Assembly: GCF_009914755.1 (NCBI RefSeq)
Contig: NC_060939.1
Direction: 5' to 3' (one strand)
DNA: 64,000 bases
Source of the DNA: the human T2T-CHM13v2.0 reference genome, Homo sapiens
Part shown: piece after piece, positions 26,756-41,510 of the stretch
Layout of the letters: the number at the start of each line of letters is the position of its first letter
Numbering within the stretch: the stretch's first letter is position 1
Position numbers and translations under genes: made by a program
Notes under the pieces: generated by a model
The model's database searches: none
What the model was told of the DNA's origin: nothing
The model's input: the letters and a program-made list of their open reading frames with translations, nothing else

Positions 26756-27789
26756 CTATACAGAAAGACTATTTCTCAAAATAGCCTAAGGGACTGTAGC
26801 CCCACAGACAGGAGCCAAGGCTGTGAATAGGCAAATCAAAAGCACAAAACGATTACAAAAATAAGATTAAGAACCAGGATCCCATAATATGAGTTATTCT
26901 GAAGCAGGGGAGCATCAGATGCAAAGACTGGATACATCTTGCAGTTCAGTGCAAGCTCTGTGAAGCATGAAGCAACCATGTTATTTGATGTTTTGTCACA
27001 GAAGCAGGAGGAGCAACTTGAATGAGCCATGCAAGGTGGGCTACAGGAGAAAGGAAAAGAGGAGAATTTAAGTGAAATATAAAGCAGTACATATATAGTA
27101 AAGAGAAGACCACTAACAATGATTTGAGGTGCCACTTAATGCTACAAGGACCCATTGCTTGTCTACCTTAGTCTTAGAATTTAGCCAAGGAGATTCTCTT
27201 GCTATGTATTGTATCAACTAAATATTTGTTATTTCATGGACCTGTAATCTTTATTTTATATTATATTGCCTTATTATTTTGCTCTTCAATATAAAAATCT
27301 ATCTTTCAGCCTAGCAAAAAGTATATATAGTAATAGCTTTTCATAGTCACTACATATTGCAAAAAGGACTACACAAAAGAGCCATAGTATCCTTAACCTA
27401 CTTGGAAACTGCCCTGATCTCTTCTTCCCTACATGTTTTCTTTACTCAGATATGAAAATGAGATCGATATATGTAATTAGAGACATAAAAACTGGCAGAT
27501 GCTAAGGACTACTGTTTCTAGAATTGTAACAGGTCAATGTGTAACTTTGTCTATCAACTTCTAAATAATATTAAATACCTGCACCAGGATGAAGTATTAG
27601 TGTCTCCACAATATATTTTTATTAACAAATACAAATGAAAAACTACAAAAATGGTCACTCTTGTTGCCTTTTGAGCTAGTCAATGAATTGTCCATCTAGC
27701 CCAGTAGGTGTATGCAGTAGATGTGCAAAAAGTATTTGATGGATGAGTGACTGAGTAAAATGAATGAATTTACTCCCTAGAGTATTGAT

Positions 27790-28022
27790 TAGTGGTTATC
27801 AACCAAGAGATGTAACCCAGAGCCACCTGGGAGTTTATTTTTGTCATTTGGTTGTTTAAACTGTGTATACTCAACTCTCAAATTGTTGTACAACTTGAAG
27901 AGTAAAGGGAAGTGAGAAATGAGTTAGGATTAACAAGGGTACAATGTGTATTTTGAAAATTTTCCTGGGTCACTCTGTTAAGTCCTATTCTCCCCACTAC
28001 TTATCCTTGTTGGGAAACACTG
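27790..28022. mobile_element. Old hAT-Charlie MITE (MER5/MER117-like)
   Basis: agtggttatcaacc ... gttgggaaacactg inverted ends. Confidence 0.45.
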
Positions 28023-28186
28023 TTGTACACAGTTAGTAAACTGATATGCAGTAGTAGTAATAAACATAGTAATAATACTGCTCATAAAATTTGATCTTAC
28101 TTATAATAATGTCTTTTATTTATAGATTTGTCAAAAGACCTTTGCTTATATCATCTCACTGAAAAATCACAAAAGCTTCAATGACC

Positions 28187-28490
<304 letters not shown>

Positions 28491-28769
28491 TCAATGACAG
28501 GATTAACATGATAGGTATGCAAAGTTGTTGATGTTTATTGTTTCCACAGGAACTTGTAATGCACAGAAAAATGAGAAAATGGAAAATTAGGTTATTAAAA
28601 AAACATATCCAAAGAAAGGGGTTTTAAAAGTACCTTGATTATTATCATGTTACAATTACAGTATTTTTGCTACTTCTATCATTACTAACAATCTTTGTTG
28701 GTTAGCACTACTGACTTTGACTCCTTCCTTCCAGTAAAAACAATCTTAAATTAGATGTTGAGAAATAAA

Positions 28770-28975
28770 TTGTAGTCTTTATTCTGCCACTTACTATGTA
28801 GAACCAAAGAAATGGTACAATTTATCTCTCTGAGTCAAGGTAATAAGCAAGATTTTTTCCATCCAAAAACTAAGACTCAGTTCAGTCAACTTCTCTGATC
28901 TATAACATGGAAATAATCATATGTCTGCCTAGCCATCCTCAAATATTACTGGGATGATCAAATAAAGTGAAGACA
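28770..28975 (+). mobile_element. MIR fragments
   Basis: ttctgccacttacta...tctataacatggaaataatcat...gatgatcaaataaagtga. Confidence 0.55.
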
Positions 28976-31900
28976 TATTATACATGCATCTTTATCCTGT
29001 TTGAATTCAGCTATATGTGCTCAGCCAAAGTTGAGAGACAGATAGTACAATTTAAGGTGTGCTGGTATTTTTACCTACTGTATCTTAGGGTGACTATTAA
29101 TTAGGATACAAGAATGTGGGGCTTAGCTGGAGAGAGAGAAAACCAACTGCTTGTCCTTTTTGAAAGAAAGTGTACTGGTCCTTAATACAGTGCTTTCCTA
29201 AGAGATTTAATGAGTGATTTTGACTTCTTCGGATTTTCACCTCACTCACGAATGCTGGTACCAACCACTATATATGATAAAAATTCAGTGTTAGTGGTGG
29301 ATTTTTCTGTTAATGATCTCAACATTTCTTTATTGTATATTAGTTGTTCTTGATCTATTTTTCAATCACAGACTCTGAGAACCTGCTCACAGGTAGAATA
29401 GGCGAATGCTCATTTGTACAGAGTTTTCATACCATTCTGCTAGGATTTTGGGTCTACTGAAATCCACATTAAGAGTTCTCTCATTTAAAGAAAGCTTCCC
29501 TAAATTGTATCCACAGCCCAAGACTCTACTGATGACACATTCGGAGTTGTCAGAGGTAATTCTCAGTATAACAGCAAGAGATTGACTAAGTAGTTCTCCA
29601 TCAAGACATTTCTTATTGTCTCCTAAGTAAAGCTCCAGTGCCACCGGTGATATTTTCCAAAGAGGTACACACATTGATCTCTGAAGTTTGGGATTTACCA
29701 GGCAGGTAACAACCCAACTTTGTTTCATTTTACCCCTCTGATGTCAAAGCATAAACTGTATTTTCATTCTGACACATTTATCCATTTAGGAGATAGTTGA
29801 GGATGACCTAACCATCTATCACCATGGACTCTTCAGGCCAAAATGGGGTTGCTGTCTCATTTGTAAGGCAGGCAACAACGGTGATCTTAGGTAGACCGGG
29901 GAAAAATGGAAAATCCAAGCTGTTCAGCAGTAAAATCTGATACTCTACATCACCACAGGTTAGGCCAGCAGCCTTTCTACACAGGGCCACAGAAGTCCAA
30001 AAGAGGCATCATAAGCCAAGTATGACAACTGAGGCCTAGGTCCACATCTGCTTAAATGTGCTGAGAATTGACACAATTCAATGCAAATATGGCTCCAAAA
30101 TGCAGGCATGTGACTGTATTTTTTCCATGTGAAAACCAAAAATGTGTCCTTATTTATACCACCCCTCTACGTTTTATTTAAAAACGTAGTAACTTCCTTC
30201 AAATCTGTTTTCTGCTACCACAAAACAAGTGATGGAATTCCATGTCATCCTTATCCTAACCCATTTTGTTGGTAACTTCATCTCCAATGTTGAGACTTCC
30301 ACAAGTGTCTGAGAAAACCAGCATGACAGGATGAGCAGAGGGAGATTCATCACCTCAAAGGTGCCTAGTATCAGTGAATTCTACATTCCAGTGCATGTAA
30401 GGGAATTCAATGCACCACTCGGAAGTTCATATGTACTGAGGTCAGTCTGTAACAAGTTATCTACGTTAAGTGGGTACCTGCTGACTATTATTTGACTTTT
30501 CAATGTCTGATAGCTCTTTGACATTCCACTACCCATTCAAGGAAAGATTTGCAGCCAGTTTAGCAAATTCTTTTTGCAAGACAAATGGATAATTCATTAA
30601 CTTTGAAATCTATCTGAAGCTAAAATATAGGTGATTCTTGAACCTATGTGCAGGAAGCTTTTGACGAAATCACAATTAATTTTCCCCCCCTGCAATAGGG
30701 AGTAGGCAGAAGCTGCTTTTTAATCATCACTCTTTATCTATTTTATATGAATACCAATGGATTGTGCAATACTGTTTTAAAAAACATTTAGAAGGAAAAC
30801 TCATCTCCGGTTGCACATTATTTTTTTATAAATGTCATTCTACATTTATACCGGCAATTGCAGCAATCTATGCAAACCAGATTTGAATGCTTAGCAAAGC
30901 AGAGTATTTACAAACACCTTGGATACTTTAGCATTTACACTCTTTCTTCCTGCCACAGTGAATTTGAATTGGATACCACAGCTGCTGTCAGATCCAAACA
31001 CAAGTGCATCCTTCAGCTGCCGCCCCCTACCAAGAACGCCAGGCAAAATCTGCCCATCTTTCATCCACATCTCCTACCCTGTAGCTCACAATTAGTATTT
31101 TCACTGGAAAAGGAAAATCAAAGGAAACCAGAAGTATAGCTTCTTCCCCATCACTGATGGGATATGGGAGCTGCCAGAAGCACACACTGAACAATATCAC
31201 TCCCTAAAATGCTTCTACATCCTTCCCGAACCAGCACTACCCTCCGCCCAACCAACCATCACCACCATCATTTTAGACGGTAGTATCTAATCAACAAAAC
31301 CCACTGGGAGTTACTACGTGTTAATGATTAGAACAATATCTCATAAGCCTTTGTTTGGAGTATTTTCCCCATCAGGTCTATAGCTAACTCCCTCCTTTCC
31401 AACCCCACCACAGAAATCATGGTATCACATTGTGGCACTGCAGATATTCTTTAAGAGGTGCAGAATAAAGCAACAGCCTATGGTTCTGTTTTTCTTTCTA
31501 CCCAGAAATCATAGAATTATTTGCCCTTACTAGTATGAGATGAGCACATTACATTATTCATCCCTGTATCTACTGTACCTATTTTAATCCAAACCTGCGT
31601 GTGTTCAGGGAGACTTTTAATAACCACCTTTTCAGAACAACTCATTATTATAGGTATTTTAATATCTCTTGTTGCCCATTTTTCCACCAGTAACAGGTAG
31701 TACTAGAACTGCATGCACCAAGGTAGATTTAATGAAACCTAATGTTCATTCACATGAATCTCCCGTGGCTAAATAGATAAAACTGAAACACAAATATTTG
31801 TGTGTTTGGAGCAGATTCTCTAGAGAAAGGCAGAGGCATTGTGAGTAATGAGTGACAGTTTCTTAAAGGTTAATATCTTCTTTAATCTATTTCTAGAACA

Positions 31901-33493
31901 GAAAGGGAAAATACTATATTAAGTATTGGGTATGCTTTGGGGATTACAGAAACAATTTCAACTCTTATGTACATGTTACACCATAGGGAAAACAAGGAAT
32001 CCTACACATACACTTTATTTCATAAAACTTAGAAGTGCTTTAAATACATTTTTCTTTCTTATTAAAGAAGTGCCTTAGATGTATGTGAGCATGTATATGT
32101 GTGTGTAAAAAAGAAGAGAAATAAAACTGCCCTTAATACTGGACCAGGGGCTGTGATTGTCACGTCAGGTAATGAAACCATTACATGCACGGTATTAAGA
32201 AGAGACAAGATGCAATTAGCCAAGAAATTACTCTGATCTCAGTGACATTTTCAAAAAATCATAATACAATATACATCGGAAGACGTGATTGACAGCCTAA
32301 TCCAGTTTTGATGGAACATAGTCCACATACTGTGAGTAAAGCAGTGCATGTCCAGATAAAGCTCACAGCTGTGAATCTCTGATATGTCCTTACAGTCTTG
32401 TCACCCAGGAAATTCCTCAGGTTTAAAAGATGATGAAAGTATCGACCATTAATGACAGGATCATCTCCTGCCCTGAAATAAAATGTACTAATCCCTTTTG
32501 CTAGGTCTATGAATTCCTAATATAAATTATATAAACTCTAGTAATTCATCTCTGTTAGCACAGTTGTGTTTGGAAATTGTACAGCAGACTTTGCCCTATT
32601 TGAAATGCTAGATGAAAGCAAGACATGTTCTTTTAAGCTGCAGCATAAAGTAATTTAACAGAGGGGACAGAATAACTTCTGGGTAATGAGAACTACAGAT
32701 GTTAAAAAAAAAAAAAAAAAAAGCAAGTTTGAAAGTTCTAAGGTGGTTTGATGGATTTATGTTTCATCTTTTCAAAGAAGCCAGAAATGCAAATGTACAA
32801 TTTTTAATTGAGCATAGGTCCCTTAATGTTGACTGCTTAAATAAATGACAACAGTTTGCGATTAACAAATAATTACATGGAAATAACAATTATTAATCAG
32901 AGACTTTAGAATTTTCAAATAAACAGTATTAATGGATAGCTAAAGATGAGTTACTCAGTTTTATAATTGCATGTGATTACGTTAATGAAATAGTCAAATA
33001 TAGACCCACATATATATTCTACATTAGATACAGACAATGCATGAGATAGCTACATAGGAACACATAGCAAAAGAGTAAATAAAGGATGTTTGTTATTTCA
33101 AATCTACAATTATTCTATGGTAGCAATGCACCTAAAAGGCAATGATGGCACTATCGATGTATTTATAATCTAATTGCTTTAATTATATTTACTGATGTTG
33201 ATTTTTTATTTTTAAATTTGAAAACTAAGCATTCTTCATACGTAGTTCTTCAGCTACTGCCCCCCACCAAGAACTTTGTTTTACTTGGTATCTGTCACAG
33301 TTATTATTCAAGGATAAGTATAGACTAATTAAACTGCTTTCTGAAATGGAACTTGAAAAAATGAAATACATACTTAGGGGTATGACTAAATAGCAATCAG
33401 TTTCATTTTTTAAATTAATATAGATCTTATCCATGGGGAGAATAATTACATGATAAAGATGCTGACATTACTCAAAATTGATAACTGTCTTTT

Positions 33494-34571
33494 GACATAC
33501 AAATGGCCAACAGGTATATTAAAACAGTATGAAGATTTCTCAAAAAACTAAAAATAGAGCTACCATATGATGCAGCAATCCCACTGCTGAGTATATAACC
33601 ATAAAAAAGAAAATCAGTATATCAAAAAGATATCTGTACTCCCACATTTACTGCAGCTCTATTTATAATAGTCAATATACGGAAGCAACCTTAGTATCCA
33701 TGAATGGCTGAAGGCATAAAGTAAAGGTGGTTCATATCCACAGTGGAAATTCCACAATGTGGATATGGACACAGTGGCTCACGCCTGTGATTCCAACACT
33801 TTGGGAGGCAAAGGCGGGTGGATCACTTGAGGCCAAGAGTTTGAGACCAGCCTGGCCAGCATGGTGAAACCCCATCTCTACTAAAAATACAAAAATTAGC
33901 CAGGTGTGGTGGTGCATGCCTGTAATCCCAGCTACTCCAGAGGCAGAGGCAGGAGAATCACTTGAACCTGGGAGTGGAGGTTTCAGTGAGCCAAGATCAT
34001 GCCACTGCACTCCAGCCTATATGACAGAGGGAAGCTCTGTTTCAAAAAAAAAAAAAAAAAAAAAAGGAAGAAATCCTGTCATTAGCAATGACATGGATGA
34101 GACTGGAGGACATTATGTTAAATCAAATAAGCCAGGCACAGAAAGATAAATATCCCATGTTCTCACTTGTACGTGGCAGCTAAAAAAAAAAAAAAAAAAA
34201 AAAAATTAACTCATGGTGTTAAAGACTGGAATATGCTTTCCAGAGGCTGGAAAGAGTAACAAAGTGGGGTGAGGGGATAAAGTGGAGATGGGTAATGGGT
34301 ACAAAAATACCAGTTAGATACAATGAATAACATCTAGTATTTGGAGGCACAATACAATGACTATAGTTAACAATAATTTATTGTATACTTTAAAATAACA
34401 GAGTGAAATTGGAATATTCATAACACGAAGAAATGATAAAGACTTGAGATGATAGAAACCTCAGTTGCTCTGATTTGATTATCACATACTATATGCCTGT
34501 ATCAAAACATCACATACACCTAATAAATATCTACAACTCTTATGTACTCACAATTGAAAATTAAAAATTTT
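33494..34571 (+). mobile_element. L1MA 3' end (5'-truncated, internally deleted), interrupted by Alu
   Basis: ctcaaaaaactaaaaatagagctaccatatgatgcagcaatcccactg; gggtacaaaaataccagttagata; degenerate TSD aaaattgataactgtctttt (33474-33493) / aaaaatgacaactgctcttt (34572-34591). Confidence 0.9.
33767..34065 (+). mobile_element. Alu (Sz/Jb-like), nearly full length
   Basis: cagtggctcacgcctgt...A22 tail; no TSD found. Confidence 0.95.
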
Positions 34572-34769
34572 AAAAATGACAACTGCTCTTTAGAAATTCC
34601 TTATACAATTGACAAATCACATAACTCTTTTCTATAATGATACTTTACTTTTAATAGCAATCAACACTTTCCCTCTATTTATTTGACTTATCAATTGGGC
34701 TTCAAGTAACTTTATTCTGCTCGCTGAAACCAAAGCTATCTTCAACTGGTAAAGATTTGCTACTATAAT

Positions 34770-34965
34770 GTTATTCAAAAGAATTTGGACAGCACCATTA
34801 TTTATAATAGCCATCCGTCTACTGGTGAATGAATAACCAAAATTTGGTGTAGCCATACAATGGAAAACTATTCTGCAATGAAAAGGAGCCAGCTGTTGAC
34901 ACATGCTACAACATAGGTGAATGTTTAAAACATGTTTAATATTTAAGGAAAAATTTCCAGTAATA
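34770..34965 (+). mobile_element. L1ME-type fragment
   Basis: cagcaccattatttataatagcc...catacaatggaaaactattctgcaatgaaaagga...catgctacaacat. Confidence 0.7.
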
Positions 34966-36145
34966 CACAATTAAATTGCTATTTTGGAAGGAGGAAAGGG
35001 GAGAACAAAGGAGGAAAGGAGGCAGGGAATGAGGCAGGGAGAAAAGAAGGAAGAAATGAAGGGAGAGAAGGTACTCCCCAGTTACCATGTACTCTTAATC
35101 ACAATTTAGATAACCAAAAGTATACCATATCTACTTTTTGAAATTATTTATATAGGGACAAATTTTCTCACCCAAGTGCTATCTTAAAAAAAAAAAAAAA
35201 AAAAACTTGTGTCAACTTTAAAAGCATCATACAATTAATATAAATCAAAAGGACTGAAAATTAATTTAAATGCTACTTATGTAATTAAGGGGGAGCAATA
35301 ATGGAAAAGCTTGCATAAATAGAATTGCTTCTGAATTTTCTGAGCTAGGATTTTTGTTTTCCACTTAAAGCAAATGTTAAATTTTTTTTTCTGTCAAAAT
35401 CCTAAATAGCTTTTTGACAGGTTTGTTATGGTTAATTAATTACTTTCATTTGCACTAAGTTGTATACTTGAAGATGAATAGTACATGATAACAAGGCCAG
35501 CCTCTGTGAGGGAGACCTTTGGCGGTCTATGCAGTCTGCTGCCTCATTACAGAACTAGCTATCTGCAGGAAGCCTGACTTTGAAAGGTACAGCACGTCCC
35601 ATAACACCCTCCCCTAACTGAGATGATTGTAGCTTCTTCCGAAAAGTGATGATTAGGAGAGAGAAAAGCAAAACGGAATGCTGTATGAATATTTCATGTA
35701 AATGAAAGCAGGCACTTAGCGAACGTGCATCTTGATTGATGCTAGAGTGCCTCTAAACGTCTTGACATTGAAGGGTTCCGACTCTCCTTCCCTCGATGAC
35801 TGCTTCAAGAGCTGCAGTTAATAGTGGAATACGACCATATTTAGCTGAAGGGCTCTTTATTACAGACTGATATTAAATAAGACCACAGGCCTCGGGTTAG
35901 CATAAGTGAATTCTAGATAAAAGAGACTTCAGAGAGAACCCTAAATGAGATATGATAGTTATGTTTTATTTTGGTCTTTATGTTTTCCCTCCCTGGTGCA
36001 TAATTGTTTATTTCACTTTTAACCCTCCTCAGGAAAGAGCCAAAGGATTCAAATTGCTTTGCAGAAAGAGGCCCAATAAGCAAAAATGGGATGGTGTTAA
36101 GATGAATTTGTATATGATCGCGAAATCATTTTATGTAAATAATAC

Positions 36146-36177
36146 TAGTAGTAGTAGTAGTAGTAATAGTAGTAGTA
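36146..36177. repeat. (TAG)n microsatellite, interrupted
   Basis: tagtagtagtagtagtagtaatagtagtagta. Confidence 0.9.
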
Positions 36178-37334
36178 AAAAAACAGGAGAGCCCTCATCA
36201 TGGGAGTTTTTAGAAATACAGTTTTTTAGAGATAAGTAGCATTTTTCTAAATTTGTACAATAAACCACCAGTCACTTAGCAAGTAAGGAGGCCATCTAAG
36301 AAATTTACACAACAGAATAATTTAATTTCAAAATGCAAATTCAAGGTTTTAGAAACTCACATCTATGGCACGAGTGAGAAGAATAGCAGTGATAGGTTTG
36401 CTGACATCACACAACACCCCCACCCCTGACCCCAACATTAGAGACTTCAGTCGTTTTCCTCCAGAAAATACTTAGTTGACTGCTATTTGCTTAAATCAGA
36501 ATTTCAGCCTCCATTGGCTCTTCAGAAATCATTCACCATTGAAGGGTAAATACAGTCTCTATGAGCTGTGACCACCAGAGCTTTCCATCCATGGCTCAAC
36601 CAGAATAAAGAGCCCAGAGAGAATCACTGGCAATATCCCTGCATACCAGAAGCTCCCAGCACCAGATACCACTTGTCTTCTGTGAGTCAGCTAAAGATAG
36701 AGAGAAAGGGAGGGAGCTAAAGGAAGTATCTCAGAAAGCTCACTTAGAAACCTCTAGTTGTGTATAAAAATTCAATTCTACAAAATGATGGGCCACACAA
36801 AACCCAGTAACTTGATTTGTACTTTGCTAATGTCCCTTCTCTTCCAATCTCACTCAGAGACTCTTGGGACTCCTTTAAGGGGAGAGTTAATATTTTCATG
36901 CAGGAACAAAATAAAATTTGAGGTGTACAGAAACACATACATATGAATTTAAGAATGAAGAACTTGACATGCTCTTGAGTCTGCTAGGATCTGCATCACT
37001 GAATCACAGAACTGGAAAAGACTTCAAAATCACTCAGTCCTGTCTCCTGATTAAAGAAAGCAAGGAGAGGAACTTGCCAAAAATCACATACTTATAAGAG
37101 TAGCAAAACCGGTCCTAGGTTTTAGATCTTATGATTCTGACTCTTTTTTTTTATGTCACCAAAATCATTATATCATTTATACATATGGCTTTAATTTACA
37201 TGGTGTGTTTCTTTCAAATATGCAATTTTTAATTCATAATAAACTATCTTTTGTCTTGCAGTATCTGGATCCTTCTCGGCACCTGTTTAAGTCATCAATC
37301 CATAGGTAGCAATTTTAGTAAAGAAAATAATACA

Positions 37335-37570
37335 TCACATAACTTACATAAGTTTGCAAAGTACTTCACATTAATTATTCAACTCAGCCCATACAGAAGT
37401 CTTGGGAAGCAGGCATTTCTCTACTTTAGAGAGGAAGAAACCTAGTCTTTCCTTAGTGTAAATTAAACTGAGGTTGCGTTCCTTGCTTTAGCTGACAGAT
37501 ACTGTGAATGACAAAAGCAGAGTCTCATTACTACATCTTCTGGCTCCAAGGTTGTTGCTCACTATCCCTC
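37335..37570 (-). mobile_element. MIR fragment
   Basis: gtttgcaaagtacttcaca...ctactttagagaggaagaaac...tcttctggctccaag. Confidence 0.55.
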
Positions 37571-39263
37571 ATTCCACTATTTAGTAAGCATCTATTAAAT
37601 ACCTACTATGTGCCAGGCTTCTGATTCAATCCCAAGGTTATATATCACCACGTAAAGACTGGTTCACATTTTTTCTACATTGGAATGAATACAATCTTTC
37701 CATATTTGTCCAATCAAATTTTGTCTAATAGCCAATTAGAGTTACCATGTAAGAGCTGACCTTATGCTTGCTTAATTTTTATCTACTATTTTACCTCTGT
37801 TTTTCACAGATGCCCCATATGGTACACATATGGCTTCCAACTGAGGTCTTTATGTCTAACTCTAGATACATGGATGCATTGACTTTTCAAATGACATTAG
37901 TACTATAAGACAGAACAAAGAAATCCTGCAGTCCTGTCGGCTTTTAGTGAGTTACAAAGCCTGACAGTAACACATGCAGCACTCAGGGCCACAGGAAGCA
38001 GGCATGAAAAAAACTGCACACAGCATTTGGAAAATGACAAGTGGTGGATCCCGGATGCCATCATTATTATTATTATTAAAATTAAACAGAGATTTAATCT
38101 AACATTCCATGGGCAGTCAGGCAACTGACTTTAATAACTGTAAACTGAGGCTTACATCGTACTGCACTCAACCTAATGCTTTAATTAAGTTTTGAGGCAG
38201 CCTCTGACGACAGTCACAGTGCAAACACAGGCCATGAGCTAAAGGCCGCTCTCTGCCTGCCAGAGCGCAGTCCCTGGGAGCCAGGCAGGAGCAGCAGCCA
38301 TTGACGCCACCGTTAGATATTTATGAAAGAGATGTTCTGAATTTTATCGTAGTGGTATAGATCAATTTTCAGGACAGAGTCCTTAACAGTGTATTCGGAG
38401 GCTAGGTACGAAACCAATTTTATCTGCTTCAGTGATGTGTGAACTGTATGAGCAAAGAGATCTCCCAACTCTCTGATAGCTTATCTTCCCTGGTGACCAT
38501 TTATGCATGCTCTTGTAAATATACATATTTTACAAGGGAAGGGAGGGGTAGAGAGATGCTCTTTAAACTCTCCTTTGAGATGACCTTGAAGTAGGAGCAT
38601 TTGAATCTTCCAGGAAATTAGCAGCCAAGTGTATTTCGATAATGATGGGTGGGTGGGAAGTGCCACTCATAGAACGGGTAATATCCCCGATAACGGGCTC
38701 TTGACCAGACGTCTTTCCATCTGAGCCCGTTTCTTCAAGGAGGCAGAGAAGAGCAGGGCTGCCAGGGTCTGGAAGTCAAGTCCTTCCCCTCAACACTGGA
38801 GAGCTTAGCTGGTACAGAGGCTATTACAAAAAAAAAGTAACTATGAAAGAGAGGTTGATTTGGAATTTTCTCAAGCATGTAAGTCTAATGAACATCAAGG
38901 GAGAAATGAAAGGATGCTTCCAAGCAAATGTACAGGTATTTTATTGTTTTCAGACACCAAACAATATGGCAGGACAACAGCAGTGAAAATCAATCTATGT
39001 TTTATGTTGTGTATATCAAGACTACACATCCATACGTAAGCTGCATTTCCCTTCTTTTCTGTTCCCAGGCTGTATGGACACAGGATGCCTCTTTAATTCT
39101 TACACACTTTCTCTTTTCAGATGCTTCCCCTCCCACACTTTTGGGTACCCATCTGAAGAGTGATTCCTTTCATACACCCAACACTTGAGCTTCACTATCC
39201 AGTGTGCCGATTTCATATGCGTTGCCACGTACTTTCAAATAAGTACTTCTTTACTGCCTAGAC

Positions 39264-39580
39264 CAGAGGTGGGTTAAGTTTTCTGCAAAAGGACAGATAA
39301 TAAATATTTTAGGTCTTGAGAATCTTATGGTCTCTGTTGCAACAACAACTCTGCTGCCATAGATCATACACAAACAAATGAATGTGGCTGTTTCAATAAA
39401 ACTTTATTTACGGACCATGAAATTTGAATTTCATGGAATTTCCATGTTTCACAAAATATCATTTTATTTTTTTAATCCAACCACTTAAAAATGGTTGGAA
39501 ATCATTCTTAGTTTGCAGGCCATACAAAAAAGAGACAGAAGGTGAAATGTGGCCCCTGGGCTATAATTTGCTAACCCCTG
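39264..39580. mobile_element. MER58B-like (hAT-Charlie MITE)
   Basis: cagaggtggg...tttcaataaaactttattta...tttgctaacccctg; 8-bp TSD gcctagac / gcctagag. Confidence 0.88.
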
Positions 39581-40836
39581 GCCTAGAGAAAAGATACAAT
39601 GTCAGAATTACATGTGCTACCACACTTAGCCTTTTAAAGATATTCCATACAGGTATGTTTTTCCTAAATCATGTACTCTATTTTACAACTATAACCTAAC
39701 TTAACTTTTACAACACCTTAAGAGGCCAACAATGGACAAAGCATCTGGCCTGGCTTATGGTGAATCACTGCTGTGTGAAACCCTAGGCAGAAAGACAATC
39801 AAGTAAGATGGCCAAGAAGAGAAAGAGAACTTTTAATATATTTAATCCACTAAAATATATCATCACACATAGCTTTGGGTATGTGCTCCATTCATAATCA
39901 TTAGGTAGTCTAAGTTGATCTTTATATACTCTGGCAATCACATATACCTTCCAACTATATCTAGATATGTACATATTTCAGTCAAAATAAATTACAACAA
40001 GTAACTCTGACCTTATTATAGCTCTCAGCTGACAATGTTTGATTCCATCGTAATCAATTGTGTGGGAGGTTGGAAGGAGGCAGACTGGGAGAGGTGGCTA
40101 TTGTCTTTTTTACACCTTACATCAGAAGCACCATGGTATGGTGGATTTTGGTGTCAGAGAGACCTGAGCTCGAATTCTGGTACCTTGGTCCTGTTTACCT
40201 CTGTAAGCTCCAAAACACTATCATAGAAATCACGGTACTAAATTTATAATTTTCATGAGCTTAAGGGAGACAATTCTCCTAAAGCCTTGCTCTCAGTAGA
40301 TGTCCATGAGTCTCTGTACCATTCCCCTTCCTAAGGCATCTTTGGAAAACAAAGGGAAAGCCCTGGAAGTTGGTGAGCTGACATTGTTGCCTTTTTCTTC
40401 AGATCCATCTTATACCACAATATTACACTACTACAAGTTTTTGAGAGGACATTTCTTCCCATTTATTCTTGTATAGTCTATAAAGAAAGCCTGGTACTAA
40501 TGTGACTTGACTTCTTCTTTCAGCCAGGTTTATTCCATCAAATTCCCAGGATATTTTTTAAGTGGAGAAGAGTTTCCATGTGCAATATATTTTCAGTTTC
40601 ATGAGTTCAGCTTGATGGTGCCAATTCCAGGAAAAATTGCCTGTTCACAAGCAGGTATCATTATGGATTCAATGGTAATGGCATTCTCAGCTATATAAAA
40701 AGCCAGCAAATTGTGATTTCTGAACTGACCAACTTGGATAATGAACAGAACCTTCATTCTGGCCAGGAACCTGAGACAGCCTGTGACACAGCGGATTTTT
40801 TCAGGTGAGCAGTGACTGGAAATGCTCTTTCCATTC

Positions 40837-41215
40837 TGATATAGTCTGAATATTTGCGCCCCCCCGCCACCAGCCAAATTCAAATGTTAAATCCTTATCC
40901 CTAATGTAAGGGTATTAATATTAAAGGATGGAGTGTTTGAGAGGTGATTAGGTCGTGAGTGGAGTCTTCATGAATGGGACTAGTGCTCTTACAAAAGAAT
41001 CTCAAGAGAGATCCCTCAGCCCTTCCACCTTGGGAGAGCACAGCTAGAGGGAGCCATCTGTGAACCAGAAAGCAGACCCTCACCAGACACTGAATCTACT
41101 GGCACCTTGATTGTGACTTCCCAGTCTCCAGAACTGGGATAAATAAATGTCTGTGAATTATAAGTCGCCCAGTCTCTATGGCAGTTTGTTACAGCAGCCT
41201 GAACAGACTAAGAGC
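40837..41215 (+). mobile_element. MLT1A-type solo LTR (MaLR)
   Basis: tgatatagtctgaat...ccctcaccagacactgaatctactggcaccttgatt...gaacagactaaga; 5-bp TSD cattc/catta. Confidence 0.88.
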
Positions 41216-41249
41216 CATTACTTGCTTCAATCTACCTTTGCTCTTCTGC

Positions 41250-41510
41250 CCAGTCCTGTGCTCAGCCCCGGGAATATGAAAAGAAGCAAGCCGCAGTCCC
41301 TGCCATTACTGTCCCACAGTCCGGGGTGGAGACAGACTTGCAGAGACAACAGCATACTGCGAGAGGCTGCGTAAGCACCTACAAGGGCTGTACAAAGATG
41401 TCTGCCTGCAGGAGCAGGGAAGGTTTCACTAAGGAGATAAACTTTAATCTCAGCCTTAAAAGATGAGTGGGAGTTTGCCAAACACAGAGAGCATCCCGTA
41501 TAAAACAAAC
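41250..41510 (-). mobile_element. L2 fragment
   Basis: cagggaaggtttcactaaggag...gccttaaaagatgagtgggagtttgcca. Confidence 0.55.

Noticed and set aside
31788-31803. Perfect 16-bp palindrome ACACAAATATTTGTGT
   Set aside because: One or two palindromes of this length are expected by chance in 64 kb of AT-rich DNA.
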